A stretch of DNA of 64,000 nt from a bacterium. Its GTDB lineage: Bacteria > Electryoneota > RPQS01. Positions 9,328 to 18,800 of the stretch are shown here, in pieces. The notes under the pieces are model-generated. The model made no database searches. It had not been told where the DNA came from and worked only from the letters and a program-made list of their open reading frames with translations. The translations under genes and the position numbers were made by a program. Location: contig JADJEH010000001.1 in NCBI GenBank assembly GCA_016702305.1, positions 395,797-459,796 of the forward strand, read 5' to 3'. Within the stretch, counting starts at the first letter, position 1. Every line of letters begins with the position of its first letter.

Positions 9328-10146
9328 ATGCACGACAAACTAAAACCATCACCGCTTTCTGACCAAGCCGCCGCGGAGTTCGCGCGGCTTGTGCGTATTA
9401 TGGCGGCGCTGCGCGCACCCGACGGCTGTCCGTGGGATCGCGAGCAGACGCACGAATCGCTGCGGCCATATCTGATCGAAGAGACCTATGAGGTGCTCGA
9501 TTCGATTGACCGGAAGGCCTATGCCGAACTCAAGAAGGAGCTGGGTGATCTGCTCTTGCATATTGTCTTTCATGCGCAGTTGGCCGACGAAGAGCAGCTG
9601 TTTAATGTTGCTGACGTGCTGCGGGAGATTTCCGAGAAGCTGATCCGGCGGCATCCGCACGTGTTCGGCGACGCGACGGTGAACTCGACAGACGACGTGA
9701 ATAAGCAATGGGAGCAGATCAAGCTCAACGAAGACCATAAGCCAAACCTGCTGTCGGGCGTGCCGAAGCACCAGCCCGCGCTGAACCGGGCCTACCGGGT
9801 CCAGGAAAAGGCGGCGGCGGTGGGTTTTGACTGGCCGTCGGATGAACCGGTGTGGGCGAAACTGACCGAGGAGATTGCCGAACTCAAGCACGAACTTGAA
9901 CAGGGCGATCGGGCAAAGGCGGAAGCCGAATTCGGAGACCTGTTGTTTACGATGGTCAATCTGGGCCGCAAGCTGAACATCCACCCGGAAGAAGCGCTGC
10001 GCGGCACGATTCAGAAATTTACCGACCGCTTCTTGCAAATCGAGTTACGATTGAGCGAAGCGGGTATCCCGGTTCACGAAGCCGGGTTGGAGAAGATGGA
10101 CGACCTGTGGAATCAGGTCAAGGCCGAGGAGCACGCGCGCGCATGA
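9328..10146 (+). CDS. mazG: Nucleoside triphosphate pyrophosphohydrolase MazG
   Basis: Two MazG repeats: CPWDREQTHESLRPYLIEETYEVLD, RRHPHVF and EEIAELKHE..EFGDLLFTMVNLGR. Confidence 0.85.
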   Translation: MHDKLKPSPLSDQAAAEFARLVRIMAALRAPDGCPWDREQTHESLRPYLIEETYEVLDSIDRKAYAELKKELGDLLLHIVFHAQLADEEQLFNVADVLREISEKLIRRHPHVFGDATVNSTDDVNKQWEQIKLNEDHKPNLLSGVPKHQPALNRAYRVQEKAAAVGFDWPSDEPVWAKLTEEIAELKHELEQGDRAKAEAEFGDLLFTMVNLGRKLNIHPEEALRGTIQKFTDRFLQIELRLSEAGIPVHEAGLEKMDDLWNQVKAEEHARA

Positions 10147-11528
10147 GTCAAAGTAAGAAGAAGAGCGGACGGTCCATGGGGTTTGACCGGCTGAGCATCG
10201 AGGACGCATCGCAGGGCGCGGCTCAGGATGCGACGGCACCGAAACCCGAACGGGTGATGCTGATCGGAATCTGCAAGCCGGGCGAAAGCCCGGCGGTGGC
10301 CCAGGAGCATCTGGAAGAGCTGGCCATGCTGGCCGAAACGGCGGGGGCCGAGATCGTCGAGCGTGAACTCGTCAAACTGCGCCAGATTGACTCCGCGCTC
10401 TATATGGGGAAGGGCAAGGCCGCGGAACTGGCCGGGTATATTGCCGAATTGAATATCGAATTGGCCATTATTGACGAAGATCCGGCTCCCGCGCAGACGC
10501 GCAATCTGGAACGCGAAATGAAGTGCCGGCTGCTGGATCGGTCGGGGTTGATTCTTGACATCTTTGCCAAGCGGGCGCAGACCCGGGAAGCGCGGACACA
10601 GGTCGAGTTGGCGCAGCTTCAATATATGTTACCGCGGCTAACCGGCGCGTGGACGCACCTCGAACGGCAGCGCGGCGGTATCGGCATGCGCGGCCCCGGT
10701 GAAACGCAGATCGAAACCGACCGCCGGATTATTCGCACCCGCATCCGCAAACTGGAAGACGACTTGGGGCTGATCGAGAAGCAGCATAAGACGCAGCGCG
10801 GCAAGCGACAGGACGTATTCCGGTTTTCGCTGGCAGGGTATACGAATGTGGGCAAGTCCACGCTCATGAATGTGCTGACACAGGCCGGGGTCTACGAAGA
10901 AAACCTGCTCTTCGCGACGCTGGACTCGACGACGCGGATGCTGCCGTTAGGGCAAGGAATCCGCGCTGTGCTGTCCGACACCGTTGGGTTCATTCGTAAG
11001 CTGCCGCCGGGACTGGTCGCGAGTTTTCGCTCGACCTTGGCCGAGATTGCCGAAGCGGATTGCATTGTCCACGTTATTGATGTGGCCTCTGTCACCTATC
11101 GGGAGCAGATGGATACAGTGCAAAAGATTCTGACGGAGATGGGACTTTCTGACATACCCGTCATTGAAGTTTTTAACAAGGTGGATGCCCTCGATGATCC
11201 GTCCGTCCTGCGGTGGGTCAAGGAAGAGCGGCCCACTGCCGTGCTGATCAGCGCACGAACGGGGGTCGGTCTCGACCAATTGCGCGAGCGCATGCGGGAA
11301 GTAATGGAGCGGGGGAAGGTCGTGCTCGATATTTCGCTGGATCCGGCGGATGGCAAGCTGTGGCAGGAACTCTATAGGGTCGGGGAGGTCCAGAGTACCG
11401 AAGCAGATGGCGACCGGGTGCATGTGCGGGTCCAGCTTGACCGGGTGGATGCAGGACGGCTGGGTTTGCTGGAGCCTGCTAAGTCGGATCCGTGGCGCCG
11501 GGGTCAGGGACCGGAAGAGGGTGATTAG
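10143..11528 (+). CDS. hflX: GTPase HflX
   Basis: HflX N-domain (ELAQLQYMLPRL.., GGIGMRGPGETQIETDRR) and G-domain (LAGYTNVGKSTL, SDTVGFI, NKVD). I chose ATG 10143 (MSQSKKK), which overlaps the mazG stop as ATGA, over the track start 10107. Confidence 0.85.
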   Translation: MSQSKKKSGRSMGFDRLSIEDASQGAAQDATAPKPERVMLIGICKPGESPAVAQEHLEELAMLAETAGAEIVERELVKLRQIDSALYMGKGKAAELAGYIAELNIELAIIDEDPAPAQTRNLEREMKCRLLDRSGLILDIFAKRAQTREARTQVELAQLQYMLPRLTGAWTHLERQRGGIGMRGPGETQIETDRRIIRTRIRKLEDDLGLIEKQHKTQRGKRQDVFRFSLAGYTNVGKSTLMNVLTQAGVYEENLLFATLDSTTRMLPLGQGIRAVLSDTVGFIRKLPPGLVASFRSTLAEIAEADCIVHVIDVASVTYREQMDTVQKILTEMGLSDIPVIEVFNKVDALDDPSVLRWVKEERPTAVLISARTGVGLDQLRERMREVMERGKVVLDISLDPADGKLWQELYRVGEVQSTEADGDRVHVRVQLDRVDAGRLGLLEPAKSDPWRRGQGPEEGD

Positions 11529-11612
11529 GGCGGACTTTGGGGGGATCTGAGTAGGCCGGTCGCGGCGCAAACCGGGTAGTTTTTCACGGTTCGCGACCCC
11601 ATTCTGAGTAGT

Positions 11613-11641
11613 AAAAGAGGAGTTCGGCTCCTCTTTTTTTT
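11613..11641 (+). terminator. Rho-independent terminator after hflX
   Basis: aaaaGAGGAG-ttcgg-CTCCTCtttttttt: a 6-bp GC stem extendable by A/U pairs, followed by a run of 8 T. Confidence 0.7.
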
Positions 11642-11806
11642 CAAGGATTTGCGCGACGGTTTAGACCGGTAAGGTCGTTTGGAACGATTTCGTGTACCCG
11701 TTAACCTACCTAAATACCTTGATATATTAAACTTTCGCGTCCTAACATTTGATGATTAGGTGCTGGAAAGCCACGAGGTTAGCAAGTACGTGGGTTGGAA
11801 CCGGTC

Positions 11807-11837
11807 TTGACAAGTCTTGGTTTTCTTGGTATATTTG
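11807..11837 (+). promoter_or_regulatory. Sigma70-like promoter upstream of the XRE/cupin regulator
   Basis: TTGACA (11807-11812), an exact 17-nt spacer, then TATATTTG (11830-11837). Confidence 0.55.
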
Positions 11838-11856
11838 CCACACTTTATTGAACAAG

Positions 11857-11871
11857 AAGTTTAATAAACTT
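11857..11871 (+). promoter_or_regulatory. Perfect 7-1-7 inverted repeat, candidate operator between promoter and regulator start
   Basis: AAGTTTA-A-TAAACTT lies about 20 nt downstream of the -10 box and just before the regulator start codon. Confidence 0.4.
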
Positions 11872-11884
11872 GGAAGGCAGAGCC

Positions 11885-12421
11885 GTGGAAATCGGGGCAA
11901 AGATCAAGAACCTCCGACTGGCCCGGGATCTGACCCAAGAAGAGCTGGCTGAGCGCGCCGACCTCACGAAGGGGTTTATTTCACAATTAGAGCGCGACCA
12001 AACCAGTATTTCCGTGGATAGCTTGATGGCTATCCTCAAAGTCCTCGATGTCCGAATCGCGGACTTCTTCACAGAGACACAGACCGCGCAGGTCGTGTTC
12101 ACGAAGGCCGAGCGGATTTCGCTCACCGATACCGGCGCTGAAAAGTTTGAGCTGCTGATACCCGGTGGAGCGGATCGCGAGATGGAAGCGGCGCTGGTGA
12201 CTCTGGAAGAAGGCCAACAGACGTATCCGACCAAACCGTACCAAGGGGAAGCCTTCGGCTTCGTGTTGGCGGGAACGATCCAGATGACTTTCGGCAACGA
12301 GACCTTCTCGGCTCAGGCCGGTTCCAGTTTCTATTTTTCGGGAGACCGTGAGCACTTCATCCTGAACACAGGGAAGCGCACCGCGGAGTTTATCTGGGTT
12401 ACAACGCCGCCCACGTTTTAA
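11885..12421 (+). CDS. XRE-family HTH transcriptional regulator with C-terminal cupin domain (PuuR-like architecture)
   Basis: HTH_3 signature [45 protein letters not shown]. The C-terminal cupin reads [32 protein letters not shown] prefer GTG 11885 (GGAAGG 7 nt upstream); the track start is TTG 11870. Confidence 0.8.
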   Translation: MEIGAKIKNLRLARDLTQEELAERADLTKGFISQLERDQTSISVDSLMAILKVLDVRIADFFTETQTAQVVFTKAERISLTDTGAEKFELLIPGGADREMEAALVTLEEGQQTYPTKPYQGEAFGFVLAGTIQMTFGNETFSAQAGSSFYFSGDREHFILNTGKRTAEFIWVTTPPTF

Positions 12422-12470
12422 GTCGCGTTGGTTTTTTTACCTTTCACCCTTTTGGGTAGGAGAACCTGAA

Positions 12471-12881
12471 TTGAAGTCTTTGGGACAGCAAATTGTGGTA
12501 GATTACCACAAGTGTAATCCTGAAATCCTCAATGACGTGGCCGCTGTCAAGCGGGCCATGCGCGAGGCAGCTCTCAAGGCCGGCGCGACGATTGTCACGG
12601 AAGCCTTCCACCTGTTCAACCCGCACGGTGTGTCGGGTGCGATCATCATTGCTGAATCGCACCTCGCCATTCACACGTGGCCCGAATTCGGCTATGCCGC
12701 GGTTGATCTGTTTACGTGCGGTGAAGATGTTGATCCGGCCGTGGCCTTTGAGCACCTGAAGCAGGCGCTGGGCGCGGACGAATTCACGGCGATGGAAATG
12801 AAGCGCGGGATCCTCGATTCGCACGGACTCCGCTTCAACTCTCACAAGCCCGTGCAGCATCTGGCGGCGGCTGTCGCCTGA
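12471..12881 (+). CDS. speH: S-adenosylmethionine decarboxylase proenzyme, small pyruvoyl type (SpeH, also called SpeD)
   Basis: [11 protein letters not shown].., self-cleavage motif [27 protein letters not shown] start with GGTAGGAG upstream. Confidence 0.85.
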   Translation: MKSLGQQIVVDYHKCNPEILNDVAAVKRAMREAALKAGATIVTEAFHLFNPHGVSGAIIIAESHLAIHTWPEFGYAAVDLFTCGEDVDPAVAFEHLKQALGADEFTAMEMKRGILDSHGLRFNSHKPVQHLAAAVA

Positions 12882-13348
12882 TGGTCATTAAGACCCCCGA
12901 CAAGTATTTCCTCGTCAAAGGATTTGCCGAGGGCGACACGGAACTGAATGCCTTCGACAACGCGCTGTTGGCGGCCGGGGTCGGCAACTGCAACCTCGTG
13001 CGGATGAGTTCGATCTTGCCGCCGGCGGCACAGTTGATCGAGCCTGTCAAGCTGCCGTACGGAGCGCTGGTGCCGGTTGCCTATGCGGATGAATGCAGTT
13101 CTGTGCCGGGAACGCAGGTGTGTGCCGGAGTGGCCCTGGGTGTGCCGGATGATCCGACGCTGCCCGGAGTGATCATGGAGCACCACATGACCGGCAGTGA
13201 AGAAGAGTGTCGTAAAATCGTGATCGGCAAGGTCGAGTCGGCCTTCCGGGTCCGTGGCTGGAAACTGACCGACCTGAAGGTGGCGGTCATTTCCGGCAAA
13301 GTGGACAAGATCGGAGCCGCGTTTGCGGGCGTGATCCTCTGGACGTAG
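12881..13348 (+). CDS. pdaD: Pyruvoyl-dependent arginine decarboxylase
   Basis: FLVKGFAEGDTELNAFDNALLAAGVGNCNLVRMSSILPP carries the Ser-Ser processing-site context. The product is 155 aa. The ATG shares one nt with the speH stop (TGATG). Confidence 0.8.
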   Translation: MVIKTPDKYFLVKGFAEGDTELNAFDNALLAAGVGNCNLVRMSSILPPAAQLIEPVKLPYGALVPVAYADECSSVPGTQVCAGVALGVPDDPTLPGVIMEHHMTGSEEECRKIVIGKVESAFRVRGWKLTDLKVAVISGKVDKIGAAFAGVILWT

Positions 13349-13370
13349 CGGTGTTATAGCGTTATAAGAT

Positions 13371-13409
13371 TTTCGGCCTCCCGCTTGGGAGGCCGAAATC
13401 GTTTGGTTT
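13371..13409 (+). terminator. Rho-independent terminator after pdaD
   Basis: A 12-bp perfect stem (tttcggcctccc / gggaggccgaaa) with a GCTT loop, followed by tcgtttggttt. Confidence 0.65.
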
Positions 13410-13455
13410 AACACCTAAGTCTTTATTTTTTGACGAAACTCATAATAGACGGGTG

Positions 13456-13484
13456 TTGAGAATCTGAGAGCTGTTCAGTATCTT
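13456..13484 (+). promoter_or_regulatory. Possible promoter for speE-speB
   Basis: TTGAGA, 17 nt, TATCTT, ending 22 nt before the speE ATG. Confidence 0.35.
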
Positions 13485-13506
13485 CTTCTTTCCCAATTGA
13501 AACATC

Positions 13507-14346
13507 ATGGAACTCTGGCTAACAGAAACATACGGACCCATCCGGGGCGGCTGGAAGGCTGGCGGCGTGCTGTACTCGAAGCAGTCGCAGTATCAGCTCG
13601 TGGAGATCGTCGAGACTGAGCGGTGGGGCAAGACGCTCGTTCTGGACGGCTGCATGATGACCACCGAGCGCGATGAATTCGTTTACCATGAAATGCTGAC
13701 CCATCCGGCGCTGGTGGCTCATCCGGAGCCGAAGAGCGTGTGCGTGGTGGGGGGGGGCGACGGCGGAACGGTGCGCGAAGTGCTGCGCCATCCGAGCGTC
13801 GAGCGGGTGGTGCTTGCGGAAATTGAGGGCGACGTGATTGACGTTTGCCGCAAATATTTTCCACATCACACGTCGAAACTTGATGATCCTCGCGTGGATA
13901 TTCAGGTCGGAGACGGTTTCGCATATTTGCAGGCGCACGCCGGAGAATTCGACGTCATCTTGTCGGACTCGACGGATCCGATCGGTCCCGGTGAGGTGCT
14001 GTTCACGCAAGAATATTTTGCGCTCGCCAAGCGCGCGCTGCGCGCGGGCGGAGTGTTTGTAACGCAATCGCACAGTGCGTGGGATCCGGATTCGCGCCTC
14101 CGGCGGATTCGCGACGTCCTGCTGCAGAATTTTGTGCAGGCCTATTGGTATGGAGCCGTGATTCCGACGTACCCGTACGGGTGGTGGAGCTTCTTCTTCG
14201 CCTCGGATAAGGTGCATCCGCTCGAGTCGGCGGACCTGATGCGGCAGCAGGAGATTACACAGGGCGCGCAGTACTATACCCCTGCGGTTCACGAAGCGGC
14301 GTTCGCGGTGCCGGCCTTTCTGGCGCGCGAATTAGGCCTCTCCTGA
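13507..14346 (+). CDS. speE: Spermidine synthase (polyamine aminopropyltransferase)
   Basis: LVLDGCMMTTERDEFVYHEMLTHPAL and VCVVGGGDGGTVREVLRH, consistent with a PABS fold. Confidence 0.9.
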   Translation: MELWLTETYGPIRGGWKAGGVLYSKQSQYQLVEIVETERWGKTLVLDGCMMTTERDEFVYHEMLTHPALVAHPEPKSVCVVGGGDGGTVREVLRHPSVERVVLAEIEGDVIDVCRKYFPHHTSKLDDPRVDIQVGDGFAYLQAHAGEFDVILSDSTDPIGPGEVLFTQEYFALAKRALRAGGVFVTQSHSAWDPDSRLRRIRDVLLQNFVQAYWYGAVIPTYPYGWWSFFFASDKVHPLESADLMRQQEITQGAQYYTPAVHEAAFAVPAFLARELGLS

Positions 14347-14365
14347 ACGGCACGAGAACGGTCAA

Positions 14366-15229
14366 GTGAGCCTCTCGCTACCGACGACGCGGACGCAAGT
14401 CTTCATGGGCGCGCAGACCTCCCTTGAGGGGGGAGCCAAGTTGGCACTGTTTGGATTGCCGTATGACGGGACGTGTTCGTTTAGGCCGGGGACGCGGTTT
14501 GGTCCGGCGGCGATCCGAAACGTCTCGGACGGCATCGAAACGTACTGCCCGGTGGCTGACCGGGACCTTGACGATGTGCGCTTTGCGGACCTGGGTGACC
14601 TCGTTTTGCCTCCGGGCGACAAGGACGAGGTCCTGGTGCGCATTGAAAGAGCCGCTGGCGAACTTTATAGCACCGGGGTGATTCCGGCGGCGCTCGGGGG
14701 CGAGCATTTGGTCAGCCTTCCGCTCCTTCGTGCGGCGGTAGCACGGCACCCAGACCTGGTGCTGGTGCAGTTCGATGCGCACTTGGACTTGCGTGAAGAT
14801 TACCTCGGGACTCCACTTTCGCACGCGACGGTGATGCGCAGAATTATGGAATTCGTTGATCCGTCACGAATCTTGCAGGTAGGGCCTCGGTCTGGTCCTC
14901 GGGAGGAGTTCGAAATTGCTAAGAAATTTGGAACTTACCGTCCGGCGACCCTGACACCAGCCGATTTGGTCTCGTGGATTGCAAAACGGCCGGTGTACGT
15001 CACTTTGGACCTTGATGTCCTTGATCCGTCTGTACTTCCGGGTACGGGCACGCCGGAACCCGGGGGGGTCAGTTTTGCCACCTTGCAAGGCTGGATAGCG
15101 GCACTTTGTGACGTTGAGTGGGTCGGTTGGGATATGGTTGAGCTTTCGCCGGACTACGATTCAAGTCATGTATCTTCAATTGTTTCCGCTAAATTAGTCC
15201 GCTCGATGATTCTATCTTCCGTGCAATGA
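14366..15229 (+). CDS. speB: Agmatinase (ureohydrolase family)
   Basis: Mn-site motifs GGEHLVS, QFDAHLDLRED and TLDLDVLDPSVLPGTGTPEPGG. Confidence 0.85.
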   Translation: MSLSLPTTRTQVFMGAQTSLEGGAKLALFGLPYDGTCSFRPGTRFGPAAIRNVSDGIETYCPVADRDLDDVRFADLGDLVLPPGDKDEVLVRIERAAGELYSTGVIPAALGGEHLVSLPLLRAAVARHPDLVLVQFDAHLDLREDYLGTPLSHATVMRRIMEFVDPSRILQVGPRSGPREEFEIAKKFGTYRPATLTPADLVSWIAKRPVYVTLDLDVLDPSVLPGTGTPEPGGVSFATLQGWIAALCDVEWVGWDMVELSPDYDSSHVSSIVSAKLVRSMILSSVQ

Positions 15230-15424
15230 CTTGCGAATTGGCTTGCATTTTGCCACGGCAAGCTCCATAGGCATGCAGTTTCAAGTGCTATAAGCTCTAT
15301 AAGAAACATTGAGATAGACAGTTGGTAGCCCCTGAGGGTCTGTGTTCATTGCGAAGCGCTTGAGGAACAAAGACTTTCGTTTTGCCGGGGGTTGAGAATG
15401 TTAAAAATAGGCAAAACATTTTCC

Positions 15425-15455
15425 TTGACAAGTTGATTCTGAATGACTATATTTG
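15425..15455 (+). promoter_or_regulatory. Near-consensus promoter about 350 nt upstream of the giant ORF
   Basis: TTGACA (15425-15430), an exact 17-nt spacer, then TATATTTG (15448-15455), inside a 575-bp AT-richer non-coding region. Confidence 0.55.
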
Positions 15456-15804
15456 GGGAACTTTGACCAGCATAAGACTTTTTTGAACTTAGGTCAGACC
15501 CAATTTTATAAGTTCTTGATTTCCAGCATAGCCAAAGCACAGCCGCTCCCGCAAGCAGATGCTATTGCATTCTGCAAAACGGGGAGCTTGTGTTTTTTTC
15601 CTCAAGCTGGTTTGATTAACGACGGATGCGTTCATGCCAGATTCTAATCCCCCTTTCGATTTGAACAATCAGTTCATGACCACGCAAGTTATCCACAATG
15701 CCCACAGGGTGAACAACCCGCTGAGTGGGCATTCGGCATGCGTATCCGACGCAGCCCCTTCCCCACGGACTAAGAAGATTTCCCATATTCAGGAGAATCA
15801 CAGA

Positions 15805-15891
15805 ATGAGGTCCAAGACTCTTTTTGTGTGGCTGGTGAGTTCCATCAGCTTGATGCTCTGCCTGCTGACGCCCCAAATGGCATCGGCGCAG
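15805..15891 (+). other. Signal peptide of the giant protein
   Basis: MRSK, a hydrophobic core LFVWLVSSISLMLCLL, and A-S-A at the cleavage region. Confidence 0.7.
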
Positions 15892-18800
15892 ATCAACGTT
15901 GACCCCGAGGTTAACGCCTTATGTATCGAAGATCCGGCCCTGCCGTCCAACGGTGTCGTTGACGAGCTGACGGATCGGTTGCAAATCACCGTCCGCGCAG
16001 CGTACTCCGATATCTATTGCGATTCGGTACGCGCCGGTTTGGATCCGAGCCCTCCGGGACTGCCGCCGGGTTTGGAAAACCTCGGTGAGCTGTTGCCGCT
16101 CGTCCCCGTCGCCATCTTTAGCTGCCCGTCCGGTGTGACGGACTTGCTCTATGAGATGACCGTCAACGTGACGCTCGGTCAAGGTCTCAATGGAGCAGCT
16201 CTTGATAGCTGCTTGGTCATTGCTACTCTTACCTTCTTCCCCGGCGGTGCCAATGTGGACGCGGGAGACGTGGTGGGTACCGGTGTGACCTGGCTCGGTT
16301 ACGATGATGACGGCGAAGTCGCGATTCCAACGGTCTGTTTGGACTTCGGCTTCACGTTTATCGCGCCGTGTGACATTCGCTCCGGCTGCGCGCTGATCAA
16401 CTACCGCGAAGGCGGCGGTATCGCGTTTGACGGTATTGTGGCGATCGGCGACACGGTGTGGATGGATTCGACCGTAGCCGCGTCCATTGATACGATGGCT
16501 GCCGGTGACACGCTCGTTTGGGACGGTTCGGCGCTGACCTGTGATATCGCCGACGTCAACCTGTTCTACAACGATACGATTATCGTTGCCGAATGCGCGT
16601 GGGAAAACGGATTAGTGAATGCTTGCCACAACGACACCATCTGGCTGTACTACGTGCAGTGGGATGCAGCCGGCGGCGACGACTTCTTTGACGGTACCGT
16701 GGTGGATTCGGTCCCCTGCGTGCGCCCGATTGACAACTCGCCCCCGACATTGGACCAAGCGTGCATTGACTCCTGTACGATTACTCAGAACAACTATCTC
16801 GATAACGACACCATCGCCGGCTGCGGCGACGTGTTTGTTATCTGGATGAGCACGATTCAGAACGGCTTCCCAACCCGTACCGATCCCGATTGGAACTGCG
16901 ACGGTGACTCGGTGCTGGAAGACGTCTCCTTGGCGACTCCGTGGTATGTTGACTGCGATACCAATTCGCAGAACTTCGACGTATCGTGGATGGCTGTCCG
17001 CCTCCGTGACATCGTCCCGCTGGACAGCTTGTTCCCGATGAACGAAGATTCGATTGACCTGCTGTCGCTGGACAGCGTCTGGGTGTCTGCCCGATTTGGT
17101 ACGACGGCTAACCCCGGTTCGGCCAACGACCTCATGTACATTGAAATTCCCATTGATACCGTTTGGTGGGATTATGTTCAAATGTGCGTTCTGGAAGGCT
17201 TGATTGACGGCGACACCATTTACGTGCACTCCATTGACGACGCCGGCAACGCCTCGAACGCGTCACCGTTTGGTGACTCGGTTGGTACCTTGGTCGGCTG
17301 TGACGCCTGTTTGGACAATGTGCCGCCGGACCTACCGGGCAGCGACATCTATTGGTCGTACGACGGCGTTGACAACTTCTGCAACCAGCGCTTCTCGCCG
17401 TACGACAGTGCGCTGGCTACGTTCTACATTAATCTGTCGCCCGACTCGATCCGCTGGTACTTGGACGCGGTGGATTCGGTCTATGACACCACGAACTATC
17501 TTGATGTCCTTGAAAACGTCTACCTGATCGGTTTTGACGTACGGCAGATTCCTGACGACGATCCGGACACCCCGACGGGCGCTCCGATCACATTGCTGGA
17601 CTATTTCCACCCGATGGCCAAGCCGGATTCGATCAACTGGGATTGGCGTTCGCCGTACGTCCCGGGCATTGACTCGAGCGCCTGCTTCACCTGGTATGGT
17701 AAGGACGGTCCGGACAGTCTTGATCCTGATTTTGACTTCTTGTCTGACTACTGCCCGTGGGGTATGCTGGTCGGTATCACTGAAGCGCGTTATATGGACG
17801 CCGGTGGTTGTAACGCAGTCCTGGGCTCGGACCACGACGGCAGCACCAGCATCCTGGACGGCTACACGCAGCTGAATGCCCTGTATTCGGTTGTGGATTC
17901 CTGCTTCCCGACGACGACGATCACCTTTGATCTCGATACGCTGGAAGGCCCGGCGTTGGGCCTTGGCCCGGACTACGGTTCTGTTAATGATCCGTACCTG
18001 TGGACGAACGGCGAGAACTACCCGTTCTTGAAGTTCAAGGCGCGCCGCTTCTACACGCAGGGTATGATTGACACGTGCCTGGCTGAGCAGCTTTGCTACA
18101 CCGTCAAGATTGACTCGCTGTACACGCAAGGCCCTTGGCCGTTCGCTGCGGACTCCTTCTATATTAATGAGGACGACGCGATCAATGGTGGATCGGATAC
18201 CCGCACGTGCCGTCCGATCGAGTTCTTCTTTAATGACATCAACTCGGATACGATCAGCTTCGAATGGGAGTTTGACGGGCCGGGTGACACCGAGATTCCG
18301 GACGGTCTGTATTGCCTGTCGCTCGAACTTCAGGACAATGCCGGCAACGTCTTCGTCGGTGACACGATCTGCATCTGGAAGAACGGCCTGGGCCCGGCGA
18401 TTGACTCCGTGGCCGTGGTCAACGACAATCTCGATTGCACAACGAACTTCTTCATTGGCGAGTCGCTGTGCGTCTGGATTCAGACGGACACGACGGCTAC
18501 GGAAGTTCTGTTCGACTTCTCATGTATTCTGAACATTGACAGCGTGGCGCCGGATCAGGACACGGTCCTTGTGACGACCCCGTACGCGGCCACCAACACG
18601 TTTAAGCGTTGGTACGCTTGCCTGCTGATCCAGCCGGGTATGGTGGATTCGTCGAATACCGACCTGAACGACTACCGCATTAATCCGTACGAACCGGATT
18701 GCGAAGATGCGGGCGAGTACGGTATCATCAGTGTAATCGCCTATGACTCGGATGGCAATTCGACCGAAGCTACGCAAGATGACGGCACGTGCGTGATCGC

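Noticed and set aside
15634-15804. A 57-codon N-terminal extension of the giant ORF (track start ATG 15634)
   Set aside because: It has no SD in front, and a hydrophilic extension would bury the signal peptide. ATG 15805 has AGGAG at -9 and starts a canonical signal peptide. The upstream ATG cannot be excluded without TSS or proteomic data.
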